DNA of 35,038 nt. Source: Bacteroidota bacterium (GTDB lineage Bacteria > Bacteroidota > Bacteroidia > Bacteroidales > VadinHA17). The position numbers were made by a program, and so were the translations under genes. The notes beneath the pieces are model-generated. The model had not been told where the DNA came from. It did no database searches and saw nothing but the letters and a program-made list of their open reading frames with translations. Below are positions 8,274 to 16,638 of the stretch, piece by piece (the first letter of the stretch is position 1; each line of letters starts with the position of its first letter). The DNA lies in contig JAYEGO010000328.1 of the NCBI GenBank assembly GCA_034659155.1, forward strand, positions 1 through 35,038, written 5' to 3'.

Positions 8274-10070
8274 ATGAGTTTTTTTGATTTAAAAGGAACA
8301 TTGAGCCCCTTAACTGCCCTGAAGCAGTTCGGGAAAAAGCCACATACAATTGAATATCCAAAAGTGGATAAAGAAGCTGCTGATCGTTACCGGGGTTTCC
8401 ATTATAATGAACTGGAGGAATGTATTGGTTGTGGTAATTGTTCAACAATATGTCAGAATGCAGCCATTGATATGATACAGGTTGAGGGACAGGAAGGCTC
8501 AAATGGAGACTCAGGTTTAAGGCCTCGTGTTGATAATGGAAGGTGTTGCTGGTGCGGATTATGTGTAGATGTATGTCCTACAGGAAGCTTGAGTCTCACC
8601 AAAGAGTATCTGTATGTAAGTGATGACCCTGATTCTTTTTTATTTACTCCAGGAGTAGATAATCCAAAAGGAAAAGACAAACTATCTTTCTTTAGTACAA
8701 AAGAAGCCAGTCTGAACGATTTTGCAAGAATTCCTATGCCGGAGCTAGAAGGAAAAGATAGAATAAAATCCTTTGCAGAAGTGGTACTTGGATACAATGA
8801 GGAGCAGGCACGGGCAGAAGCAAGCCGGTGTATAAGTTGTGGCCTGTGTAGTGAAGCATGCCCCGAGCATATGCATATCCCGGAATATATCAATGCTATA
8901 GCCAGTGGGAACGATAAAGATGCAGTACGGATTATATATGATAACAACCCCCTGCCTGAAATGTGCGGTAAAGTTTGTACCCGTAGGTGCGAGGATGTTT
9001 GTGCAATACAAACCCGTGGTGATGCACTGGCTATTCGCTGGTTGAAGAGATATGCAACGGAGACAGCTGAAAATGCTGATATTGTTAAAGAAATTGTTAA
9101 TCCCGAGATCAAAGAGGCCAATGGTTATAAGGTGGGAATTGTAGGAGCAGGACCTTCTGGCTTAACAGCTGCCTATTATCTTGCCCTTCGTGGGTTTGAT
9201 GTTAGCATTTACGAGTCAAATAAACAGGCGGGAGGTATGACCATGTATGGTATTCCAAAATACCGCTTCCCGGAAAATAGCCTGCAGAAACAAATTGATT
9301 ATATTACTTCTATTGGTGTGAAAATCCATTTCAGTACCCAGGTAGGAAAAGACATTAGCTTTGAGGAGATTTATAAGCAAAGTGATGCTGTATTTATGGG
9401 TGTTGGCTTCCTGAAACCATGGACACTTGGCATTGAGGGAGAGGAGTTGAAGGGCTCAGGACAGGCGGTGACATTCTTGCATGCTGTAAACAGTGGCTTG
9501 CAGGTAGATATTGGAAATAAAGTAGCGGTTATTGGTGGTGGTAATGTTGCAATTGATGCTGCTCGTGTATCTGCACGACTTGGAGCAGAAGTAAGTATCC
9601 TTTATCGTAGAAGGGTTGAAGACATGCCAGCTGACTGGGAGGAAATTGAAGGAGCCGAGGATGAGGGTATACACATTGAACCACAAGCCATTCCTATTAA
9701 GTTCCATAGTGATGAAAATGGCAGAATTATGTCAGTGGAATACCTGAAAGCGGAAATGGTGGTTGATGAAGCCGGTGGAAGACCAAAGCCAGTAGCCATT
9801 GAAGGCAGCAATACAATTATGGAAATAACTGCCATACTGGGAGCTATTGGTCAGCAAGGAGATTACAGCTTCCTGGAAGGCGAGTTTGCTGAAAAAATAA
9901 AAGTCGACAGGGGAAGAATTGTAGTAAATGATAATCAACAAACTACCGATCCTAAAGTCTTTGCCGGAGGTGATGCAGTGAATCGCACCGCAGATGCTAT
10001 CTCTGCCATTGCAGATGGATTTCGTGCTGTGAAAGGTATTGAAGAAATGCTGGTAAAGAAAAAGAAGTAA
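8274..10070 (+). CDS. Fusion protein: NuoI/MbhN-type 2x[4Fe-4S] ferredoxin subunit (aa ~1-115) joined to a GltD/SudA/NfnB-type Fe-S flavoprotein, an NAD(P)H oxidoreductase (aa ~150-598)
   Basis: N-terminal part: CIGCGNCSTIC and CCWCGLCVDVCP. C-terminal part: RCISCGLCSEACPEHMHIPEYI...LPEMCGKVCTRRCEDVC (GltD N-terminal Fe-S region), VGIVGAGPSGLTAAYYL (FAD), VAVIGGGNVAIDAAR (NAD(P)H) and VFAGGDA. It is one uninterrupted 598-codon ORF. Confidence 0.9.
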   Translation: MSFFDLKGTLSPLTALKQFGKKPHTIEYPKVDKEAADRYRGFHYNELEECIGCGNCSTICQNAAIDMIQVEGQEGSNGDSGLRPRVDNGRCCWCGLCVDVCPTGSLSLTKEYLYVSDDPDSFLFTPGVDNPKGKDKLSFFSTKEASLNDFARIPMPELEGKDRIKSFAEVVLGYNEEQARAEASRCISCGLCSEACPEHMHIPEYINAIASGNDKDAVRIIYDNNPLPEMCGKVCTRRCEDVCAIQTRGDALAIRWLKRYATETAENADIVKEIVNPEIKEANGYKVGIVGAGPSGLTAAYYLALRGFDVSIYESNKQAGGMTMYGIPKYRFPENSLQKQIDYITSIGVKIHFSTQVGKDISFEEIYKQSDAVFMGVGFLKPWTLGIEGEELKGSGQAVTFLHAVNSGLQVDIGNKVAVIGGGNVAIDAARVSARLGAEVSILYRRRVEDMPADWEEIEGAEDEGIHIEPQAIPIKFHSDENGRIMSVEYLKAEMVVDEAGGRPKPVAIEGSNTIMEITAILGAIGQQGDYSFLEGEFAEKIKVDRGRIVVNDNQQTTDPKVFAGGDAVNRTADAISAIADGFRAVKGIEEMLVKKKK

Positions 10071-10084
10071 AACAAGACTATATA

Positions 10085-10117
10085 ACTCACCGGGTGACTC
10101 GTAGTCACCCGGTGAGT
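10085..10117. terminator. Bidirectional stem-loop terminator between convergent genes
   Basis: Perfect 15-bp inverted repeat ACTCACCGGGTGACT / AGTCACCCGGTGAGT with a 3-nt loop, 15 nt after the + strand stop and 6 nt after the - strand stop. No strong T-tract. Confidence 0.6.
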
Positions 10118-10122
10118 GGATT

Positions 10123-10473
10123 CTATTCAAATTCTTTAGGAACCCCACAAATCAGCACCAATGATTTATCCCGGGATTTATTCCGGTACTGATGTTTCTC
10201 GTTTGGCTTAACAAGCGCAAAATCTCCTGCCTGAATCGGAGTTTCTTTTCCTGCCTCATTTACCAGTGCCCCTTCCCCTTCAATTATATAATTCATGTGC
10301 TCATAATTGTGCTGATGGTAGGGAGTATAACCTCCGGGATCAACGGTAAATACCCTGTATGAGTAAACAGGAGCACCATCATCCCTGGAAAGAGGAACCT
10401 GCTTCCATGCCTTATGTGCACCCTCCATGTTTACTTTATTCTTTTCAACTTTTTTTAGCGATATAACTTTCAT
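10123..10473 (-). CDS. Small cupin-domain protein
   Basis: 116 aa. The two cupin motifs are GGYTPYHQHNYEHMNYIIEGEG and GDFALVKPNEKHQYRN. Confidence 0.75.
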   Translation of the reverse strand: MKVISLKKVEKNKVNMEGAHKAWKQVPLSRDDGAPVYSYRVFTVDPGGYTPYHQHNYEHMNYIIEGEGALVNEAGKETPIQAGDFALVKPNEKHQYRNKSRDKSLVLICGVPKEFE

Positions 10474-10540
10474 GTGTTAATGTTTTATTTTCTAATAGCA
10501 AAATTAGTAACATTTGATAAAGGCGGTATATAGATAATAG

Positions 10541-10569
10541 AAAAAAAAGCAACCTGCTTCAGCAGGGTG
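10541..10569 (-). terminator. Candidate rho-independent terminator (- strand)
   Basis: On the - strand the hairpin CCTGC-TGAA-GCAGG is followed by TTGC and T8 (A8 at 10541-10548 on +). It lies about 220 nt downstream of the LacI-family stop. Confidence 0.4.
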
Positions 10570-10791
10570 TTGGAAGAAAATGAAATATGTATGATGAGTC
10601 AGCTTTAAGCTGACTTTTTATTATAGTATAAAGTACGCTGAAGCGTACTGAATACATTTGTTTGCTAACATTTTACACCATGCTGAAGCATGGTGCTGTT
10701 TTTATTTCTTACATTCATCGTCAAGGTTTTATAGTCCCATCAGTTTATTAAGGATTGGAAAAAAAACACAGCAAACTGGAATCTATCAGAA

Positions 10792-11805
10792 TTACCTCCG
10801 TGAAGAGCCTTTGACAATGAATTTGGTTTCAATTACCCTGGTTATGGCGGGATATTCTTCTTCTTTTTCAAGACGATCAATCAGTAATTGCGCAGCTTCT
10901 TTGCCAATTTCATATCCATGTTGCTCAACCGTGCTTAATGAAGGATCTGTCAGATCTGAAATTATCCCATTTGTAAATCCAATAATTGAAATATCTTCAG
11001 GAACATTTAAACCATTTTCTTTCACAATTTTAAGTGCCGCAGCTGCAGTTAGATCATTGACTGCAAAAAAGCCATCCGGGCGAGGACTTTGCTTTAAAAA
11101 TCCGGGAATAATATTGATGGTATCTTCTACGGAATCACATTTTACGATCAAGTCCAGGTCTACTTCCATTTGATTACTTTCAAGAGCCCTGATATATCCT
11201 TGTTTTCGGTTTTGAGAAATAAGCATATGCCCGGGAGCGCTCAAATGTACAATTCTCCGGCAACCCGTTTTGATCATGTGATTTACAGCCTGAAAAGCAC
11301 CTTCTTCATCATCAACAATTACACGATCTGTTTTAATTTCCTTGCAGATCCTGTCAAAAAAAACCAATGGAACTCCAACATCCATTATTTTCCTGAAATG
11401 GTCTGTATCCCTGGTATTTTTGGATGTGGAAACCAATATTCCTTCCACCCTGCTGGACAATAAAGCATCTACATTTTGAACTTCTCTTTCAAAAGATTCA
11501 TTCGATTCGCATACCATAACATTGTAGCCTGATTTATATGCCAGATCTTCAATCCCATGTATGACAGTTGAAAAAAAATAGTGAACAATTTCAGGAACAA
11601 TGATTCCGATAATCTTACTTTTGCGACTTTTTAAACTTAAAGCAATGGGATCTGGAGTATAGTTTAATTTTTCAGCCAGTTCATTTACAGCTTTTTTGGT
11701 ATCCGGACTTATATCTGGGTGATCTTTTAATGCCCTGGAAACTGTAGATGGAGATATTCCCAGTTCCTTTGCAATATCTTTTATGGTGACCCTTCCTTTG
11801 TGCAT
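10792..11805 (-). CDS. LacI-family transcriptional regulator (probable maltodextrin/starch locus regulator)
   Basis: N-terminal HTH VTIKDIAKELGISPSTVSRALKD followed by a periplasmic-binding-protein-like sugar-binding fold. It is divergent from susC. Confidence 0.9.
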   Translation of the reverse strand: MHKGRVTIKDIAKELGISPSTVSRALKDHPDISPDTKKAVNELAEKLNYTPDPIALSLKSRKSKIIGIIVPEIVHYFFSTVIHGIEDLAYKSGYNVMVCESNESFEREVQNVDALLSSRVEGILVSTSKNTRDTDHFRKIMDVGVPLVFFDRICKEIKTDRVIVDDEEGAFQAVNHMIKTGCRRIVHLSAPGHMLISQNRKQGYIRALESNQMEVDLDLIVKCDSVEDTINIIPGFLKQSPRPDGFFAVNDLTAAAALKIVKENGLNVPEDISIIGFTNGIISDLTDPSLSTVEQHGYEIGKEAAQLLIDRLEKEEEYPAITRVIETKFIVKGSSRR

Positions 11806-11857
11806 TTGAATACAAAAATACCAAAAAAAGTTTGTTTTTCAGCTTAAAACCTGATTT

Positions 11858-11881
11858 CAAACGTTTGCGGAGACGTTTGCG
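11858..11881. promoter_or_regulatory. Candidate LacI-family operator in the lacI/susC divergent promoter region
   Basis: CAAACGTTTG is a perfect 10-nt palindrome at 11858-11867. The half-site ACGTTTGCG is repeated at 11861-11869 and 11873-11881. The 12-mer CAAACGTTTGCG is identical to 32171-32182. Confidence 0.5.
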
Positions 11882-11923
11882 TTAAATTATTGAAAATTAG
11901 CATGATAATACCTTTATTCTCTT

Positions 11924-11931
11924 TAAATTTG
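11924..11931 (+). promoter_or_regulatory. Candidate Bacteroidota -7 promoter box (TAnnTTTG) upstream of susC
   Basis: TAAATTTG matches the TAnnTTTG consensus about 100 nt upstream of the susC ATG. No well-spaced -33 TTG was seen. Confidence 0.3.
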
Positions 11932-12034
11932 TGTGGAAATTAAAACTACCTAAACTTAATTTATTGGGTTTTATCATCAGATTCATTTAGCCTATTACCC
12001 AAAAGAAAAGTTACAAATTCATAATTCAGATAAT

Positions 12035-14998
12035 ATGAAAACAAGATTTAGTAAGGTACAATACCTGCTTTTTACACTTTTATTATTCGTGTCAATCCTG
12101 CAGGGCTATGCACAGGTAAGTATTTCAGGGGTAGTTACAGACAAAAAGGACGGTATGCCTCTACCGGGTGTTACTATTATGCTGAAAGGAACCCAGGCAG
12201 GAACCATTACCAACATTGACGGAGAATTCACCCTCAGTGCAGATGCCAATGCCACTTTGGTTTTTTCATATGTCGGTTTTGCCAGTGTAGAAGTGGCACT
12301 TGAAGGCAGAACAAGTTTAAATATTCAACTTGAGGAATCTTATTTGGAGATTGGAGAGGTAATAACAATTGGGTATGGAACACAGAAGAAAAGCGATAAG
12401 ACGGGAGCAGTAGCCAATATTGATGCTGATGAACTAAATTACGGGGTGGCTACTGATCCTATTCAGGGGATACAGGGGAAATCTGCCGGGGTTTCTGTTA
12501 CCAAAAAAGGTGGTGACCCAAATACTGGTTTTTCGGTTAAAATACGTGGTTCTTCAGGTTTGTATTCAGGAACAGATCCCCTTTATGTTGTTGATGGAGT
12601 TCCGGGTGTGGATCCTACAACAATAGCTGCTGATGACATTGAATCTTACAATATTCTTAAGGATGCTTCATCCACTGCAATTTATGGCTCAAGAGGGGCA
12701 AATGGTGTAATTATAATAACTACCAAGAAAGGAAGTTACAAAAGGCCAAATACTGTGGAATTTAATTCTTATGTCTCTATGGACCAGGTTGCCAACAGGC
12801 TTGATCTGCTGAGTGCAGATGAGTTAAGGCAATACGCCATTGATAACAGCCTTACATTCAATGATGGGGAAGCCGATACAGATTGGCAGGATGAAATTTT
12901 CAGGACAGGCTTATCCCAATCATATAATCTTGCTGCTTCAGGTGGAGGACAAAACTCAGCCTATCGTGTTTCTGTAACACATGTTGATTTTAAAGGGGTT
13001 GTTATTGGATCTCAAAAAGAAAGAACTGTAGGACGAATCAATATGAGCCAGAAAGCAATAAACGATAAACTCCAGATCCAGGCTTCCATTGCAGGGACTT
13101 TTGAACAGAATGAATATATACAATATAGCGGTAGTGGCCCTAATGATGTTTTATACCAGGCATACCAGCGTAATCCAACCGATCCTGTGAAAAATGAAGA
13201 TGGTTCCTATTATGAAATACAAAGGGACTTTAACTACTATAACCCTGTAGCCCTGGCAAATGATATTCAAAATGAAAGAGATGCGAAAAGATTTCTGGGG
13301 AATATGAGAATGGATTTTGAAATTATCAGTGGACTTACGGCCGGTGTGAATCTTGCTTATACCAGGGACGATTCCGAGAGTTTTTATTTTGAGCCAAGTT
13401 ATGTAAGGGGAAGCACTTCTACAGGCTATGGAAGAAGAGGTTATGGAAATTTTTCTCAGAAGATCCTGGAAACTACGCTTACGTATAATACCAGCATCAA
13501 TGAAGTTCATAACCTGAACCTTGTGGGAGGTTATTCATTTCAGCAGGATAATTATGATGGATTTTCAGCCCAGGGCACAGAGCCCCTTTCTGATTATGTA
13601 ATGTCGCATAACCTTGGTGTTTTAAATAATGTAAAAGTTGGGGACATTGCTTCATATAAAGGCTCTAACCGTCTTATTTCCTTTTTTGGACGGGCAGTTT
13701 ACAACTATGATTCAAGGTATTATTTTACCGCTACAGTACGTAGGGATGGTTCCTCAAGATTTGGTGACAATAATGAATGGGGCTGGTTCCCTTCAGCTTC
13801 ATTAGCCTGGAATTTAAAAAGAGAATCATTCCTGGAAAATGTTAGTGTACTTGAACAACTAAAGCTAAGGCTTGGATTTGGGCTATCCGGAAACCAGGAA
13901 ATAGGAAATTATAATGATATCGTTGCTGCTGTTCCTTCCGGACCTACAATTAATCCGGAAACGGGAGAGGATGCAATTTTATTCCAGATGTCTCATAACG
14001 CAAATCCTGATTTAAAATGGGAAGAAAATTCCGAGTTGAATATTGGAGTAGATTTTGGTTTTTTCTCAAACAGACTATCCGGCTCACTTGAATATTATAA
14101 TAAAACAACCTATGACCTGATTGCGCCATATGCAGTTCCTGTTCCACCTAACTCTGTTCCTACTACCTGGGCAAATGCAGGAAAAATAAGCAACCAGGGG
14201 TTTGAAGCCTTTATACAGGGATTTATTTTTAATGAACGAAATTTTGACTGGAAATCAAGTATAGTTTTTTCAACCAATAAACAAAAGGTAATTTCCCTTT
14301 CCAATGATGATTATGAATGGACTGAGGGTGACAAAAAGCAGGGGTGGCTTTCAGGAAGGGGCCTTGTTGGAGACGAGAACTGGACCCAGTTGGTGGAAGA
14401 GGGTTATGAGTTGGGAACCTATTATATGCCTGAATATGCAGGTCTTTCTTCCGATGGGAAATTCCTGTTCTATACAGAGGCTGGTGGTGTAACAAGAAAT
14501 GTGGCAGATGCTGAGAGAAGAGTTGTTGGACATGCACTTCCTGATTTTGAATTAGGCTGGTCAAACTATTTCACCCTTTACAAGAATTTTGATATTAGCT
14601 TTGTTTTGCGGGCTGTTGTAGGATCTGATGTTCTGAATGTAACACGCATGGTTTTTGCCAATCCTACTGTATTGCCCTCTTTGAACGGACTTGCCGAAGT
14701 GCTTGATGAGGTAGAAAGAGGAGTTGATGATTTTCCAAAAGTAAATTCATACTACCTGGAAGACGGTAGCTTTTTAAAACTGGATAACCTTACAGTTGGT
14801 TATAATTTTGACATAACAACTATTGATTGGCTTCAAAAATTACGTGTTTATGTGGTTGGAAACAATCTATTAACATTGACACGATATACAGGCATAGATC
14901 CTGAGATATCTTATAATGGCCTGTCTTTTGGTTTGGACCAATACAATACCTATCCAAAGGTTCGCAGTTTTACCATGGGTGTAAATGTTACATTTTAA
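12035..14998 (+). CDS. susC: SusC/RagA-family TonB-dependent outer-membrane transporter
   Basis: Signal peptide, then a CarboxypepD_reg-like domain (VSISGVVTDKKDGMPLPGVTIMLKGT). Plug motifs are ITIGYGTQKK and NILKDASSTAIYGSRGANGVIIITTKKG. The beta-barrel ends in VNVTF. A SusD gene follows immediately. Confidence 0.95.
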   Translation: MKTRFSKVQYLLFTLLLFVSILQGYAQVSISGVVTDKKDGMPLPGVTIMLKGTQAGTITNIDGEFTLSADANATLVFSYVGFASVEVALEGRTSLNIQLEESYLEIGEVITIGYGTQKKSDKTGAVANIDADELNYGVATDPIQGIQGKSAGVSVTKKGGDPNTGFSVKIRGSSGLYSGTDPLYVVDGVPGVDPTTIAADDIESYNILKDASSTAIYGSRGANGVIIITTKKGSYKRPNTVEFNSYVSMDQVANRLDLLSADELRQYAIDNSLTFNDGEADTDWQDEIFRTGLSQSYNLAASGGGQNSAYRVSVTHVDFKGVVIGSQKERTVGRINMSQKAINDKLQIQASIAGTFEQNEYIQYSGSGPNDVLYQAYQRNPTDPVKNEDGSYYEIQRDFNYYNPVALANDIQNERDAKRFLGNMRMDFEIISGLTAGVNLAYTRDDSESFYFEPSYVRGSTSTGYGRRGYGNFSQKILETTLTYNTSINEVHNLNLVGGYSFQQDNYDGFSAQGTEPLSDYVMSHNLGVLNNVKVGDIASYKGSNRLISFFGRAVYNYDSRYYFTATVRRDGSSRFGDNNEWGWFPSASLAWNLKRESFLENVSVLEQLKLRLGFGLSGNQEIGNYNDIVAAVPSGPTINPETGEDAILFQMSHNANPDLKWEENSELNIGVDFGFFSNRLSGSLEYYNKTTYDLIAPYAVPVPPNSVPTTWANAGKISNQGFEAFIQGFIFNERNFDWKSSIVFSTNKQKVISLSNDDYEWTEGDKKQGWLSGRGLVGDENWTQLVEEGYELGTYYMPEYAGLSSDGKFLFYTEAGGVTRNVADAERRVVGHALPDFELGWSNYFTLYKNFDISFVLRAVVGSDVLNVTRMVFANPTVLPSLNGLAEVLDEVERGVDDFPKVNSYYLEDGSFLKLDNLTVGYNFDITTIDWLQKLRVYVVGNNLLTLTRYTGIDPEISYNGLSFGLDQYNTYPKVRSFTMGVNVTF

Positions 14999-15037
14999 TA
15001 AGCAGGGATATCTGACCAGTAAAAATTTTATATACAG

Positions 15038-16528
15038 ATGAAAAAGAAAATATTATTAAGCATAGCAATTCTTGCCCTGATGGCTTCTTGTACAGATCTG
15101 GATGATGTTTTGTATGACAGGATTCCGGCTGATTTGTACCCGGAGAATGAAATACAGGGAGCAATTGAAACTATTCCGGTATATACTCCATTGAGAGATT
15201 TCATTGATTGGGGAGGATGGTGGTTCTGCCAGGAGCTTACTTCAGATGAAATGGTTGGCCCAACCAGGCATACCGATTGGGATGATGGTGGAAAATGGAG
15301 GGTTTTGCATCAGCACACATGGACCAATACAACCGAAGCAATTAACAGTATGTGGTCACGATATTATAATGGCATAGGTGAGGCAAACAGGTTAATTGAG
15401 AAGTTTGAACCCGGTGCCGATCAACCCGGACCTGCTGCCACAGTTGCAAAATTAAAGATTATGAGGGCATTCTACTATTATTTATTGATTGATAATTATG
15501 GTGATGTCCCTTATGTAATCGAGTTTGCAAATGCTGTGGAAAATCCAGAAATAACAGATAAGGCTGATATCTTTCAGGGGATTGTTGCGGATATTGAAAA
15601 TAGTATTCCTTTTTTAACTGAAAGTGCTTCCAAAACTGCAGTAACAAGGGGAATGGCATTTTCTTTACTGGCTAAGCTTTACCTGAATGCTGAAATTTAT
15701 ACCGGCACACCAGAATGGGTCGCAGCCGAGGCAGCCTGTGATAGTGTAATAAGCCTTGGATTATATGGCCTTGAAAGTGATCCTTTGGGTCCTTTCGTAA
15801 CGGCAAATGAATCTTCACTTGAAAATATATTTACCATCCCCTATGATGAGGACACTTATACAGGTTTTAATCTTCATATGCGTACTCTCCATTATATCAG
15901 TAACCAGACATTTGATATGACTGCCGGACCATGGAATGGATTCGCTGTTATGGAAGATCATTATGATAGTTTTGAGGATGATGACCTCAGGAAGCAGAAT
16001 GGGTTTTTAATAGGGCAACAGTATTCAAGTACAGGAGCGGCACTATTTGATCTAACTGCCGGATCCAACCTGATTTTTAAGAAGCATATCCCGGCATTAT
16101 TGATTGACGCCACACATACATTTGAGGAAATTCGTATGTCAGGAGCCAGGGTAGTGAAATTTGAAGTTGCAAAGGGAGCAAAGGCAGACCTGAGCAACGA
16201 TTTTCCGCTTTTCAGGTATGCTGATATTTTGTTGATGAAGGCGGAAGCCATCATTCGCCAGGCTGCAGGCCCAAATCCAGAAGCTGATGCCCTGGTTAAC
16301 CAGATCAGGGACAGGGCGGAAGTTGGAGATCTTACAAATGTTGACCTTCCTACAATGCTAGCGGTAAGAGGCAGGGAGATGTTTTATGAAGGGCATCGCA
16401 GGCAGGATCTTATTCGTTTTGGTGAATTCAATAAGGCATGGTGGGAGAAAGACACTTCTACTGCTGACAGAAATACATTTCCAATCCCGCAGTGGGCCAT
16501 TGATGCAAACCCAAACCTGGCAAAATAA
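15038..16528 (+). CDS. susD: SusD/RagB-family nutrient-binding outer-membrane lipoprotein
   Basis: Lipobox LALMASC. The conserved C-terminal motif is RGREMFYEGHRRQDLIRFGEF. The gene lies directly downstream of susC. Confidence 0.9.
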   Translation: MKKKILLSIAILALMASCTDLDDVLYDRIPADLYPENEIQGAIETIPVYTPLRDFIDWGGWWFCQELTSDEMVGPTRHTDWDDGGKWRVLHQHTWTNTTEAINSMWSRYYNGIGEANRLIEKFEPGADQPGPAATVAKLKIMRAFYYYLLIDNYGDVPYVIEFANAVENPEITDKADIFQGIVADIENSIPFLTESASKTAVTRGMAFSLLAKLYLNAEIYTGTPEWVAAEAACDSVISLGLYGLESDPLGPFVTANESSLENIFTIPYDEDTYTGFNLHMRTLHYISNQTFDMTAGPWNGFAVMEDHYDSFEDDDLRKQNGFLIGQQYSSTGAALFDLTAGSNLIFKKHIPALLIDATHTFEEIRMSGARVVKFEVAKGAKADLSNDFPLFRYADILLMKAEAIIRQAAGPNPEADALVNQIRDRAEVGDLTNVDLPTMLAVRGREMFYEGHRRQDLIRFGEFNKAWWEKDTSTADRNTFPIPQWAIDANPNLAK

Positions 16529-16638
16529 AAATTAATATAACTTTGCGCACGTTTTTACGTTTACACAAAGTTACATAGTAATATTTACTAATATGTTTAA
16601 TCTGAAACTGTTTATTAATTAACCAAATTTTAAAAAGT

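Noticed and set aside
8453-9121. 222-aa antisense ORF, plus other antisense ORFs at 8745-9011, 9456-9707, 9602-9835 and 9732-10148
   Set aside because: They lie entirely inside the strongly supported fusion gene on the opposite strand. They are Ser/Leu/Ile-rich and low-complexity with no recognisable motifs, as is typical of shadow ORFs.
10658-11463. ORFs of 171 aa and 97 aa on the + strand
   Set aside because: They are antisense to the well-supported LacI-family gene. The first starts within the hairpin-rich intergenic region. No family motifs were seen.
13151-13510. Antisense ORFs inside susC, the T9SS GH13 gene, the GH65 gene and the MFS gene (for example 13151-13510, 19216-19611, 30181-30489, 31269-31526)
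   Set aside because: They are shadow ORFs within confidently assigned genes, with no independent support.
16545-16580. Additional LacI operator upstream of the SusE/F-like gene (CGCACGTTTTTACGTTTACAC)
   Set aside because: It contains only degenerate ACGTTT half-sites in direct rather than dyad arrangement and does not match the CAAACGTTTGCG 12-mer. It lies inside a 7-bp AACTTTG/CAAAGTT inverted repeat of unclear meaning.
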